Positions 1-8,787 of a stretch of DNA of 55,858 nt are shown here, piece by piece. The notes beneath the pieces were generated by a model. It was not told where the DNA came from. It saw only the letters and a list, made by a program, of their open reading frames with translations, and did no database searches. The position numbers and the translations under genes are program-made. How positions within the stretch are numbered: the first letter of the stretch is position 1; each line of letters opens with the position of its first letter. Source of the stretch: a virus (Duplodnaviria; Caudoviricetes); IMG/VR virus record IMGVR_UViG_3300019766_000001, positions 1-55,858 of that record; one strand, 5' to 3'.

Positions 1-123
1 AACTTCTCTGGCAAACCTTTAAACGTATTAAGATCAAACTCAATCATAGGGAACTCACCTTCAATCATTGGCAGTTCAATTGACCCGGTATTAACAGCTA
101 AACTTTTCATAATTCAAACTCCA
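1..123. repeat. Direct terminal repeat (copy 1); identical to 55736-55858, probably a circular-assembly overlap
   Basis: aacttctctggcaaacc...ttcaaactcca occurs at both ends and falls inside ORF 55249-55845. Confidence 0.95.
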
Positions 124-134
124 TGCGTGTGCGG

Positions 135-198
135 CTATAACAACAAAATGTTGTCGGATTGTTCGCTGCGGCTCACACCGCAAATTTAAGGGTTATTC
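135..198 (+). mobile_element. Integron attC site (attC-1)
   Basis: R'' CTATAAC (135-141), 5-nt spacer, L'' AAT(G)TTG(T)CGG pairing with CCG-CAA-ATT leaving two unpaired bases, 5-nt spacer, R' GTTATTC (192-198); 64 bp. Confidence 0.85.
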
Positions 199-510
199 GG
201 CTTTACTTAATAGAGCGGCCTTGGCCTTCTGGCACTGTTTGATCAGAACGTCTAAAGAGGCTGGGTTTTTTGTCAAAATCTGAAGATATGCTCCAATCTC
301 ATCAACCTTTCTGCCCCCTACGTTTTCAGTTTGATCGCCACCAACACCAAGGTTAACTTCTGCTTGACTAAAGCAGATACCACAAAACCCTTCATCTGTA
401 GTTACATCACTAATGACTGTCTCACCGTCACCCAGCTGTATGGTAGGAACTCCATAAGTAGCCATAAAAACTTGGTCGCTCGATGTTCCGATCAGTAAAC
501 TTGGTTTCAT
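193..510 (-). CDS. Hypothetical protein carried on integron cassette 2
   Basis: 105 aa ORF with RBS AAGGTGAG; its stop codon overlaps the GTT of the attC-1 R' box. Confidence 0.8.
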   Translation of the reverse strand: MKPSLLIGTSSDQVFMATYGVPTIQLGDGETVISDVTTDEGFCGICFSQAEVNLGVGGDQTENVGGRKVDEIGAYLQILTKNPASLDVLIKQCQKAKAALLSKAE

Positions 511-536
511 AATCTCACCTTCTTAGTTTTAAATCC

Positions 537-599
537 GAATAACAATTCGCTGTTGTCAGATGCTAGCTGTGACTCACACAGCAAAGCTCTGGGTTACAG
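537..599 (+). mobile_element. Integron attC site (attC-2)
   Basis: R'' GAATAAC (537-543), AATTC spacer, L'' GCT(G)TTG(T) pairing with CAA-AGC, TCTGG spacer, R' GTTACAG (593-599); CCGAATAAC is the exact complement of GTTATTCGG at 192-200. Confidence 0.85.
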
Positions 600-619
600 C
601 CCGACCTAAGCCGGGCTGT
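596..619 (-). terminator. Hairpin just downstream of ssb
   Basis: ACAGCCCGACCTAAGCCGGGCTGT GC-rich stem; no clear U-tract. Confidence 0.45.
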
Positions 620-624
620 TGTTG

Positions 625-1224
625 CTAAAAGGGTATGTTCTGGTCTTCATTGAAACTACCCGGCGGCATTTGCTGCTGGCCGTGCGGGTGTTGCTGGTTG
701 TACTGGTCTGCAGGCGGCAAGGCGTTGTTAGGGTTTTGCCGGTTAGCTGGAGCCGGTGCTTGCTGCTGCATCGGCTGCTGGTATTGTTGCTGAGGCTGCT
801 GGTATTGTTGCTGAGGTTGTGGCGCAGGCTGCTGATAGCCCTGTTGCTGTGATTGCTGTTGTCCTTGGCCGTCACCCTTGCTATCCAACATCTGCATTAC
901 ACCGCTAAAGCCATCGACAACGATCTCTGTTGTGTAGCGATCCTGGCCAGATTGATCCTGCCATTTGCGTGTTTTAAAATTACCGGATACAAATATTTTT
1001 GACCCCTTCGTTAAGTACTGGCCTGCTATTTCTGCAAGTTTTCCAAAAAAAACCACTGGTATCCAATCGGTTTTCTCTTGCTTCTGGCCAGACGATTTGT
1101 CAGTCCAAGAGCTTCCGCAGGCTATCGATATGTTAGTAACCTGCCCGCCGTTTGGAAGAAATTTTGTTTCAGGGTCTTTCCCTAAACGTCCAATAAATTG
1201 ACACTGATTTAAATCGTTAGCCAC
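625..1224 (-). CDS. ssb: Single-stranded DNA-binding protein
   Basis: N..FIGRLGKDPE, KGSKIFVSG, RKWQDQSGQDRYTTEIV motifs; Q-rich linker; acidic C-terminus ending IPF. Confidence 0.97.
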   Translation of the reverse strand: MANDLNQCQFIGRLGKDPETKFLPNGGQVTNISIACGSSWTDKSSGQKQEKTDWIPVVFFGKLAEIAGQYLTKGSKIFVSGNFKTRKWQDQSGQDRYTTEIVVDGFSGVMQMLDSKGDGQGQQQSQQQGYQQPAPQPQQQYQQPQQQYQQPMQQQAPAPANRQNPNNALPPADQYNQQHPHGQQQMPPGSFNEDQNIPF

Positions 1225-1720
1225 AAAGACGACCTCTCTTATCTCTATTTCTTTTGCTTATATTTTGCTTAGCATGCAAAGATGCATGCTCGCTTCTTGT
1301 CATTAACTGAAGGTTTTCAGGGTCGTTGTTGGCCCTGTTTTCATCTTTATGATGAACGCACTCGTTTGACGCAAGCCTTCTTCCTATTATCAACTCCATT
1401 ATTACAACATGCTCCAACCTACCCTTGTTTTCTCCCATCGTTATCTCTATATATCCACTAGGCTTTACAGATACACCAAGCCCCTTTCCGGTTTTTCCTT
1501 TTGAAATATTATTCTTCCACTCTTCTGTGAAAACCCTTTTCTTACCTCTAAGACCTGAACCTAATCGACCGTTTTTTGATGCGTTTTTAATGCCATCAGC
1601 CCTAGACCTTAATATTCCTGCTTTTTTAAACCTGAATCTCAGTGTTGATCTTGGTATCCCTGTCTCATCGCTTACCTCTGGTATGCTTTTTCCGTTGTTA
1701 TATAAATCATATTCATCCAT
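1217..1720 (-). CDS. HNH homing endonuclease with N-terminal HTH (free-standing)
   Basis: EHVVIME...ECVHHKDENRANNDPENLQLMTRSEHASLH HNH motif; own promoter-like TTGCCG-N16-TACTAT upstream. Confidence 0.9.
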   Translation of the reverse strand: MDEYDLYNNGKSIPEVSDETGIPRSTLRFRFKKAGILRSRADGIKNASKNGRLGSGLRGKKRVFTEEWKNNISKGKTGKGLGVSVKPSGYIEITMGENKGRLEHVVIMELIIGRRLASNECVHHKDENRANNDPENLQLMTRSEHASLHAKQNISKRNRDKRGRLCG

Positions 1721-1800
1721 ATAAGCCCCTTCTATATGTTAAATATAGTAACGAAAAAACGATTATACGGCAATAATTACTTTATTTATTCCGCGAGACA

Positions 1801-2394
1801 TTACTTACCCCATCCGTTAATGATTTGTTTAATTTGATCGAATTGATTAAAAGGTATTGCTGATAAACTCTGTATTTGCAGCGAATTGCACGCATCGGGC
1901 ACCGCGTACCCCCGGCTTACAATCAGCTCTTGAAGTTGAGCTGCCTGAGTCTTTGTGATCGCTTGTGCTGGACTGTTGTCCTGCTGCTGACGCTGCTCGT
2001 TTGTGTCAGCGTCCTTTGAGTCGTCAATTGCCAGTAGTCCATTCAAGGCGTACTTTCGTGCGTAGCTTGATGTTGATCCTGTGATCTGGCTATCATCCAT
2101 ACCTTTTTTTGTTGCAGCTTCCCTTGCCATGCCTACAGTTTCAACCGAGGTTTCGCCATCAGTTATTTTTGCGGTGGCCTTCAGGTATACCCGATCGCCA
2201 ATCTGCACGATCTCGTCTGACATTAAAAGATAAAGATCGCGATCAGCAAGCAATGGCTTGACCGCTTGAACAATATCTTCACAGCTACGGTAATTGTATT
2301 TACCGAAGGTGTTTTTCTGATTCTTTGGCGCATTAAGATTCGATTGAACCTCTGAAAGTTTTTTGTGAAAACTCACTTTTCCACCCTCTGCCAA
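1801..2394 (-). CDS. ERF-family single-strand annealing recombinase
   Basis: APKNQKNTFGKYNYRSCEDI and GMDDSQITGSTSSYARKYALNGL are ERF hallmarks. Confidence 0.93.
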   Translation of the reverse strand: MAEGGKVSFHKKLSEVQSNLNAPKNQKNTFGKYNYRSCEDIVQAVKPLLADRDLYLLMSDEIVQIGDRVYLKATAKITDGETSVETVGMAREAATKKGMDDSQITGSTSSYARKYALNGLLAIDDSKDADTNEQRQQQDNSPAQAITKTQAAQLQELIVSRGYAVPDACNSLQIQSLSAIPFNQFDQIKQIINGWGK

Positions 2395-3047
2395 TACTGA
2401 ATTGAATAGATAATATCCTCACCCATATCTGACTGATCAAAAATCCAGTTCACATAACCTGTATCAGCGATAACATCAGACATTGGTCTACCTTTGTACT
2501 TGCCGAAAGGCATTGTTTTTAGCAGTAATGGAGCGTTGCTAATTTCTATGGCCTCTTGATCAGTGAATCCAAACTGCTTTTGCATGTGTTTGTACAGCTC
2601 AGCACAGCAAATAGCATCATAAAGCGCCCGGTGTGGATGAAGGTGCTCGGGAGTATCAACCTCCAGCTTTATCCAGTACCGCAACACTTGGAGCTTGTGG
2701 TTAGGCGATCCAGGGTAAAAGTGTTTCGCCAGCTTCAAGGTGCAGATCCATGGCTTATCGGTTTCTGGCAGCATGCTGCGGTCAAACTTTGCATTATGAG
2801 CAACGAAAATATCAGCCTTGCCAGTGTACTTGCCCCATACGTCATGAAGCACTGGCTTTCCATGTAGATCAGAATCAACCAGGTGATGGACTGCACTTGC
2901 AGACGGCTCTATTCCTTCGCCTGGATAAACCAGATCTTCAATATGCAGATTGAAAGCAGGGTTTTCAGGGTTGAATACCGCCGCCCCAATCTCGCAGACC
3001 TTACCCTGTAAGCCCGTTGTTTCCGTATCAATTGCCATTAACCGCAT
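2373..3047 (-). CDS. DEDDh 3'-5' exonuclease (DnaQ / exonuclease X-like)
   Basis: IDTETTG, VAHNAKFD, WICTLKLA, HRALYDA; C-terminal MPFGKYKG motif. Confidence 0.92.
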   Translation of the reverse strand: MRLMAIDTETTGLQGKVCEIGAAVFNPENPAFNLHIEDLVYPGEGIEPSASAVHHLVDSDLHGKPVLHDVWGKYTGKADIFVAHNAKFDRSMLPETDKPWICTLKLAKHFYPGSPNHKLQVLRYWIKLEVDTPEHLHPHRALYDAICCAELYKHMQKQFGFTDQEAIEISNAPLLLKTMPFGKYKGRPMSDVIADTGYVNWIFDQSDMGEDIIYSIQYWQRVEK

Positions 3048-3220
3048 TGTGCTAAATCCTTCTGCTGTTGTTCGTATTCATTGCCAGCAACATGATTAAT
3101 CACTGTTGCAAGCGGTGTGTGTTTCGGGAATTCCTTGCCAGCATCTGACAGCACTTGTTTAACCGTGCTGCCAGCGCGTTGAGCTGCCTCCTCCAATAAA
3201 TGATCTGTTGCTGTCTTCAT
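3038..3220 (-). CDS. Hypothetical protein
   Basis: 60 aa ORF coupled to neighbours by overlaps. Confidence 0.7.
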   Translation of the reverse strand: MKTATDHLLEEAAQRAGSTVKQVLSDAGKEFPKHTPLATVINHVAGNEYEQQQKDLAQCG

Positions 3221-3354
3221 TTTTTACCCGCCTTTTCTAGTGAAGATGAAACCATGTAAGAAGAAAGGCTCATTCCCGCATCAGACGCAGCCTTTGATAG
3301 TTTTTCTTTCTGCTTATCCGTCATGTAAACAGACGATATTTTCTTCTTTTCCAT
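3217..3354 (-). CDS. Ribbon-helix-helix DNA-binding protein (45 aa; not in ORF track)
   Basis: MEKKKISSVYMTDKQKEKLSKAASDAGMSLSSYMVSSSLEKAGKK; AAGGAG RBS; ATGA overlap with next gene. Confidence 0.75.
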   Translation of the reverse strand: MEKKKISSVYMTDKQKEKLSKAASDAGMSLSSYMVSSSLEKAGKK

Positions 3355-3380
3355 TTCGCTCTCCTTGATTCGATAACTGC

Positions 3381-3429
3381 ATAGTAAATGTAAAACACTA
3401 TTGCGTCAATCGTTTTTATGGTGTAACTT
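3381..3429. promoter_or_regulatory. Back-to-back divergent sigma70 promoters with overlapping -35 boxes
   Basis: Plus strand TTGCGT-N17-TAACTT (3401-3429); minus strand TTGACG-N17-TACTAT; marks the main left/right transcription divergence. Confidence 0.75.
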
Positions 3430-3463
3430 TATATCCATCGGCAACGAAGATATGGGGTATAAA

Positions 3464-3778
3464 ATGAAAAGAATGGTTCCTATAAAAGTTGATCGCTTAA
3501 GGGTATTTAAGGAGCGTTGGCCAGATAGAGGGGTTAACCTGGAAAAGGAAAGCGCTGAGCTGGAAGGCTGGAAGGCGGCGAAGAAAGAGAGAATGCGCCG
3601 ATGGGTTTATAGCGTTGGCGGTGATATTAGAGATATTACGTCTTCAGACTCTTTTGAAGGCCCGACACCAAAAAAATCAGATGAAGTAAGACTTACTGTG
3701 TTTAACGTTTATTACACAGTGAACGGCATGAGAGACGCGAACGTCCGATACAGTCAGAAAATTAAGGCGGAGTTCTAA
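3464..3778 (+). CDS. Hypothetical protein
   Basis: First ORF of rightward arm; GGGGT RBS before ATG 3464. Confidence 0.65.
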   Translation: MKRMVPIKVDRLRVFKERWPDRGVNLEKESAELEGWKAAKKERMRRWVYSVGGDIRDITSSDSFEGPTPKKSDEVRLTVFNVYYTVNGMRDANVRYSQKIKAEF

Positions 3779-3961
3779 TGATTGAGCTAATTATTCCATC
3801 TGTTTTGCTGGTATTAACATTCATCTACTGCCTAGCATCTTTCGGAAATGAAGGGTTTAACGCAGAAATTAAGCTGCACTTTACGGTATACGGCTTGGCA
3901 CCGACCATGGTGTTAATCTTTCAAATGGCAATCAACAACATTAAACTTCAAGGTGACGACA

Positions 3962-4222
3962 ATGGCGAGTATTAAAAAAACAGTTTCAGGCCGCAAAGCA
4001 GCAACATTTACTGGCGTTCGTGGCACCTATATCGGTCAACCGTGCACTGAATGTGGCGCGATCCTAAAGCACTCTGACACTGATGATTGTGTTAGCTGTA
4101 CAAAGAAAGCAAGTCGCCCATTCAAGCCTGAGACGCAGTATGCTAAGCGCTTGATGATTGACGATATGAAAGCACTGGCTGAATTAAAAAAACTGGAGCG
4201 CGAACAATATGCAATCCTGTGA
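3962..4222 (+). CDS. Hypothetical Zn-finger-like protein
   Basis: CxxC...CxxC pattern; AGGTGA RBS. Confidence 0.6.
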   Translation: MASIKKTVSGRKAATFTGVRGTYIGQPCTECGAILKHSDTDDCVSCTKKASRPFKPETQYAKRLMIDDMKALAELKKLEREQYAIL

Positions 4223-4421
4223 ACGAGAATATCCAGAGCCGTACTACAAAGGTCACAGTGCCAGTGAAGACGGCGCAGGAATCAAGTCTTGCCCGTTCGG
4301 TGATCAGGTTTCAAAAGTCGGAGACGGCGCTTATTTGCGCGAAAAGTCCCAGCTATGCAAACGCCACTGGTGGCTTGCTGGCTGGCATGAATCGAGAAGA
4401 GAGCGAGGGCTTCTAGATTGA
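4209..4421 (+). CDS. Rmf/CrpP-fold (ribosome modulation factor-like) small protein
   Basis: YKGHSASEDG....SCPF...HWWLAGWHE resembles the RMF pattern G(Y)xAG..G.....CPY......WLGGW.E. Confidence 0.6.
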   Translation: MQSCEREYPEPYYKGHSASEDGAGIKSCPFGDQVSKVGDGAYLREKSQLCKRHWWLAGWHESRRERGLLD

Positions 4422-4567
4422 ATTCGCGAAGTCTTGAGCAGAAACGCCGCGCGTTCCGTGACTGGATGCGTGGCGCTGATCCTGATTTGGTGCCCTCACC
4501 TGTAAGGGTACCAAAGAAAAACAAACAGCCCGGCTACCGGGAAGAACAATTGAAACTGTGGTGATTT

Positions 4568-4828
4568 ATGAGTTTAAGTAAGGCTTTAGAGATTATTGGT
4601 GATGATAATATTGTATTTCAGTATCTTGATAACAGCACCGTAAACGTAAAAGATAAGAGTCAAACGAAAGATACCGATGTTACTTTTGCGACCAGAGAGA
4701 CAACATGCAATGACCATTACACGCAATCTGGAAAGATGGGTGTTGTTGTTTGGGTTGATAGGGATGATTGGGATAAGGCAGTAAAAGAGCTGGTAAGCAA
4801 TCGAGATAAAAACACATGCAAGGGTTAG
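4568..4828 (+). CDS. Hypothetical protein
   Basis: GGTGAT RBS; 86 aa. Confidence 0.7.
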   Translation: MSLSKALEIIGDDNIVFQYLDNSTVNVKDKSQTKDTDVTFATRETTCNDHYTQSGKMGVVVWVDRDDWDKAVKELVSNRDKNTCKG

Positions 4829-4839
4829 ATGGGTGATTT

Positions 4840-5145
4840 ATGAGTGAGTTTTATTTTAAGGTGGGTGAAGAGGCTATCCTTAAAAGCGATAATCAGCCAG
4901 AAAAAAACGGTGACTGCACTATTATTTTCCCCGTAGCACCAGGAGACGATTACAAATGCCCTCACTGCGGAGAATCTGGGCGTTTAATTCTAGGAGCAAG
5001 ACAAAGGGCGGGTTATTTTTTGAACATCCCTTCTGGAAATAACTGCTGCGCTCCGTGGGGTCAAAAGTCCCTACGCAAAAAGCACAAGCCGGGAGAGTCG
5101 TTTGATTCGCTTATGTCGTCACTAAAAATGACAGATAAAGTTTGA
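4840..5145 (+). CDS. Hypothetical protein (CPHCG motif)
   Basis: GGGTGAT RBS; 101 aa. Confidence 0.7.
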   Translation: MSEFYFKVGEEAILKSDNQPEKNGDCTIIFPVAPGDDYKCPHCGESGRLILGARQRAGYFLNIPSGNNCCAPWGQKSLRKKHKPGESFDSLMSSLKMTDKV

Positions 5146-5401
5146 GTGTATTTTAATCAACAAGAGTGGTGATGTGATGAAAGATACAAAAATATACCTG
5201 ATAACCTGTCAGACAGATGTATTGACCAAAGGTGTTCCGACGGGCAAAAAGGAAGCCGTGGTGTCTCATGGCGTAGGTAATAACACGCTGAAAAACTATA
5301 TACTGCCAACAGATCACCCTTCTAGCTTTAATCCTAAAAGAGATGATCAAGGGCTGTATATCACCGCATAAACCCCAAGCCGATTGAGTTCGGCTTTTTG
5401 T

Positions 5402-5430
5402 TTGACGCATAGATTAATATTTAGTAAAGT
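5402..5430 (+). promoter_or_regulatory. sigma70 promoter of the ArsR-family gene, directly after a terminator (5377-5399)
   Basis: TTGACG-N17-TAAAGT; upstream hairpin AAGCCGA-TTGAGT-TCGGCTT with T-run. Confidence 0.7.
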
Positions 5431-5455
5431 ATATTTAAACACAAGAGAGGTTATT

Positions 5456-5728
5456 ATGAACGTATCAAAAATGTTCGGGTGTATGTCGAACAAGTCGCGC
5501 AGACAGATCTTTATTGCCATTAAAAATGCAGGTGAGATTTCAGCGGGAGATATAAACAAGCTGGTTCCATCGCTATCACAGAGCGCCCTGTCTCAGCACT
5601 TAAAAGTGTTTCGTGACTCGGATATGGTGGAGACTCGAAGGGAGTCAACTGTGATTTATTATAAACTGAAGACTGGCCTTGAAATGAAGCGATTATCTGG
5701 ATTTATTGAAGATATTTGCGTTGCATAA
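5456..5728 (+). CDS. ArsR/SmtB-family winged-HTH regulator (HlyU/BigR-like)
   Basis: LSQSALSQHLKVFRDSDMVETRRESTVIYYKL; C-terminal Cys. Confidence 0.88.
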   Translation: MNVSKMFGCMSNKSRRQIFIAIKNAGEISAGDINKLVPSLSQSALSQHLKVFRDSDMVETRRESTVIYYKLKTGLEMKRLSGFIEDICVA

Positions 5729-5775
5729 AAAAGAAACCCGGCGAACCGGGCATAAATACACACGGGTAATTATAT

Positions 5776-6306
5776 ATGATTAAGTTTGAATCTGAAGCGC
5801 ATTTTGAAAAATTTATTATTGATCATCATAAAAAAACAGGGGAGCTGATAACTCACGATGAGAGCTGGATGTACCTGTATTCGCAAATGAAAATAGAGGG
5901 CGTTGGAATACCTGATTTGATAGCTATAAACCCAGGAGAAACTATACACGGAGGTATTCTTCCTAGCCTTCTTGTCCTTGAGTTAAAAAATCAACCAGTG
6001 CAAGAAAAAGATGTTGGTCAGCTTGCCAGATACATGTCGTATTTTGAAAGAAAACTTGAAGGGGTTGAGGTTAGAGGGGCGCTTGTTGTTCCTGAGACAA
6101 AATATACAGCAAGCGATTCTTGTTACTTAATGGACTCTATCGGAGATAAGGTTGATTTTATAACATTCAGCCTTGGGATTAACGGTATTGATTTCTCTTA
6201 TCGTGAGAATTTTTGTAATAACCGAGAGAATAATAACGCAGCAATACTTATGCTTGAAAAGCTTAACGAAGGGTACGGTCTAGCGCTTGTATCTGGGGAA
6301 GAGTAG
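5776..6306 (+). CDS. PD-(D/E)XK nuclease (NucS-like C-terminal domain)
   Basis: IPDLIA...VLELK...GQLARY catalytic and QxxxY pattern. Confidence 0.7.
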   Translation: MIKFESEAHFEKFIIDHHKKTGELITHDESWMYLYSQMKIEGVGIPDLIAINPGETIHGGILPSLLVLELKNQPVQEKDVGQLARYMSYFERKLEGVEVRGALVVPETKYTASDSCYLMDSIGDKVDFITFSLGINGIDFSYRENFCNNRENNNAAILMLEKLNEGYGLALVSGEE

Positions 6307-6308
6307 CA

Positions 6309-7235
6309 ATGAGTAATCATTTTTTTGATATCGGAGATGCAAAGGTTTACGGGGTTGACCAGGCTATCATTCTTGGCAATATGAGATTCTGGCTAGACCA
6401 TAACAAGGCTAATAAGACTAATGTTCACGATGGTTATTACTGGACTTATAATAGCGCTAAGGCGTTTGCCGAGCTATTTCCGTATTGGTCTAGCAATAAG
6501 CTGCAAAAGCTCCTGAAGAAGATGGAGATTGACGGTGTAATTATTACAGGTGAATTCAACAAGAAGGGGTACGACAGAACGAAGTGGTACACAATGCCAG
6601 CGTATGCCATTCAGCCAAATGGCGTAATGTATTCAGCCGATCCGCTGAATGCATCCAGCCAAACGGCTGAACCTATACCAGATATAAACACAGATAATAA
6701 ACCAGATAAAAAAACTACTGTTAAGCCGGAATCATTTAAGCAGTTCTTTGAGCAATACCCAGATCACAGGAAGGGCGGTACAGATTCGTATGCATGGAAG
6801 AAATGGAAGCAAGAGAAGCTAACAGAAGGTGATGCCAGTCTTGCTTTGTCCTGGATACTTAAGGCCAACGCTATACCAGGCTGGAGAGAGTCACAGTACA
6901 GGCTAGGCATTCCTAAATTTATTGAACAAAGAATCTGGTTGACACCAATAGAGGCGCAGAAAAATGAAATCAGCACAGGAATTAGCCAGAGCGCAAATAG
7001 CCAAGTCAAAGACGGCAGGTCATACGCAGACCGCCAGCGCGACAAGCTTAGCGAGTGGTACAAAGAGAACGGACTCAATGAAATCGATGGCGTACCTATG
7101 GGATCGGATGAATCAGCTTTACCCACAGGGCAAGTGGTCGAAGCAGGAAGGGGAGACGCCAACAGAGATATGGATCAAAGCGTTATCGACCTACGACCTG
7201 AGCAGGATTCGGATAGCTATTACCAAGGCGGTTGA
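6309..7235 (+). CDS. Replication initiator (lambda O-analogous), containing the origin iterons
   Basis: N-terminal wHTH-type WTYNSAKAFAELFPYWS...DRTKWY; internal iterons; C-terminal FKQFFEQYP domain. Confidence 0.85.
   Translation: MSNHFFDIGDAKVYGVDQAIILGNMRFWLDHNKANKTNVHDGYYWTYNSAKAFAELFPYWSSNKLQKLLKKMEIDGVIITGEFNKKGYDRTKWYTMPAYAIQPNGVMYSADPLNASSQTAEPIPDINTDNKPDKKTTVKPESFKQFFEQYPDHRKGGTDSYAWKKWKQEKLTEGDASLALSWILKANAIPGWRESQYRLGIPKFIEQRIWLTPIEAQKNEISTGISQSANSQVKDGRSYADRQRDKLSEWYKENGLNEIDGVPMGSDESALPTGQVVEAGRGDANRDMDQSVIDLRPEQDSDSYYQGG
6609..6714. repeat. Replication origin 1: three palindromic iterons at 22-bp period plus A-rich CAGATA repeats
   Basis: ATTCAGCCAAATGGCGTAAT / ATTCAGCCGATCCGCTGAAT / ATCCAGCCAAACGGCTGAAC at 6609, 6631 and 6653. 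Confidence 0.8.
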
Positions 7236-7680
7236 TAACGATCCTGATTGGCCGCCTACTCTGCCAAAGTTTCGTAAGTTCTGCGAGGTTGACGCTGAAG
7301 AACTCGGATTGCCATCTCTTGAAGTCGCTTGGCTGGAGGCTCAGAGATATTCCGCAGATCCTTTTCATGGTAAGTGGTCGCATCTGGCAATTAAGCAAGC
7401 CGCCAAAGAAACAGGCAACTGGGATATATCCAGAGCAACAAGTAAGGCTGAGCAGAAACGTTTAAAAGATGTGTTTGCGTCCTGCTATAACGATTTAGCA
7501 AAAGCTATGGCTAACGGTCATCAGTTGATCGAAAACGACGCACAGCACAATCAGGGGCGCGCTATGGCCGATAAAATGATCCGTGACGGTAATAAGCAGG
7601 CAGATGAGCAGGGTTTTACCGGAATCAAGGGTCAAGCTGCCATTGATCGAATGAAAGAAATGTTAAAGGGTAAGGGGTGA
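6964..7680 (+). CDS. Replication protein P-like (helicase loader)
   Basis: LWDRMNQLY..KW, WPPTLPKFRKFC, LGLPSLEVAW, WSHLAI motifs; follows and overlaps the initiator. Confidence 0.8.
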   Translation: MKSAQELARAQIAKSKTAGHTQTASATSLASGTKRTDSMKSMAYLWDRMNQLYPQGKWSKQEGETPTEIWIKALSTYDLSRIRIAITKAVDNDPDWPPTLPKFRKFCEVDAEELGLPSLEVAWLEAQRYSADPFHGKWSHLAIKQAAKETGNWDISRATSKAEQKRLKDVFASCYNDLAKAMANGHQLIENDAQHNQGRAMADKMIRDGNKQADEQGFTGIKGQAAIDRMKEMLKGKG

Positions 7681-8787
7681 TGTGTGTATGAAAATGCTGT
7701 TAAGTGCAAATCGTGCAAGTTTATCGAAAGAAGATTTCATAGCGCAGAGTTCTACAACTCATTTGGAAAGTATATTTGCGGCAATTGTGGCGCTGGAAAG
7801 GGTTGCTGGGTAGATGTAACGGTTGAGGTTGTCGATAACAGGAGGTTTTGGAATCCGCTTACATGGCGAGATGTACAGGTAAAAGAAGTTGGTGATAAGG
7901 GGTGATATATGGAAGATTCAGAGTTCCACGAAAAAATGATGAAGCTGACAAATTCTTTTAAGTCAGAAGAAAAAAAGATTCGTAAGCAGTACGCATTCAG
8001 TAGGAATACGGTGAAAGTTGGCGATATTATCCGAGATCACCAAGGATTCCTTGAGGTTGATTTAATTGGTGCCACAGAAAGCGGTCGATCAGACAGGATG
8101 CCGGAATGTATTTATAGAGGCTTCAGCATGACAAAAAATCAGGTCAGGCGGAAAGATGGTGAGAAGCGATGGATTATCCAGCGTTACGTTGAAGAGTGTA
8201 TCAATCAAGAGGGTGATGTATGAATAGCAATCAGGCCAAAAATACAATCAAGCGACGGAAGGCTTTAAAAAAAGAACAAAAGCGTCTTGGTGAATTGATA
8301 TGGAAAACCTCAATTAGCTCTAATTCTTACGCTGTGTATCAGCAGCGGTTAAAAGAAGTCGATAAAGAGTTGAGCGAGATGCATCCTGATTCTTTGTTTG
8401 CATTTCAGTCAATGCTAACAGTAGGGCAAAAGTCTAATTAGCATAAAAGGGTGATTTATGTGGGATTTAGCGGAAACAACAACGCCTGTAGCGAGAAAAG
8501 AATATCCGTGCGGCGCATGGGATTGGATTTGCAACGCTGGGCTCGATGAGCTGGATTACAAGCCTGAAGACTGGCGGGTAATTCAGGATGCAAAGAAAGA
8601 AGGCTGCAAAATATTAAAAGGGTCAAAGTACACGAAAACATCGGGTAAATATGATGGTGAGTTTTCGGTGTTTAGGGCTCGTATTGATCTGGATAAGATT
8701 TGCCAAGATTATGGCCTGTATCCAGAAAATTAAGCGATAAGTCTAATTAACAACAAGCCAAGGAAGGCGGAAAATAAGGGGTGATTT

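Noticed and set aside
1-123. Terminal repeat as a biological DTR
   Set aside because: It lies mid-gene inside a cassette ORF; most simply an assembler overlap of a circular contig. Read data would be needed to claim real termini.
664-870. Tandem repeats (CTGCTGGTATTGTTG) as an array or VNTR system
   Set aside because: They simply encode the Q/P-rich linker of SSB.
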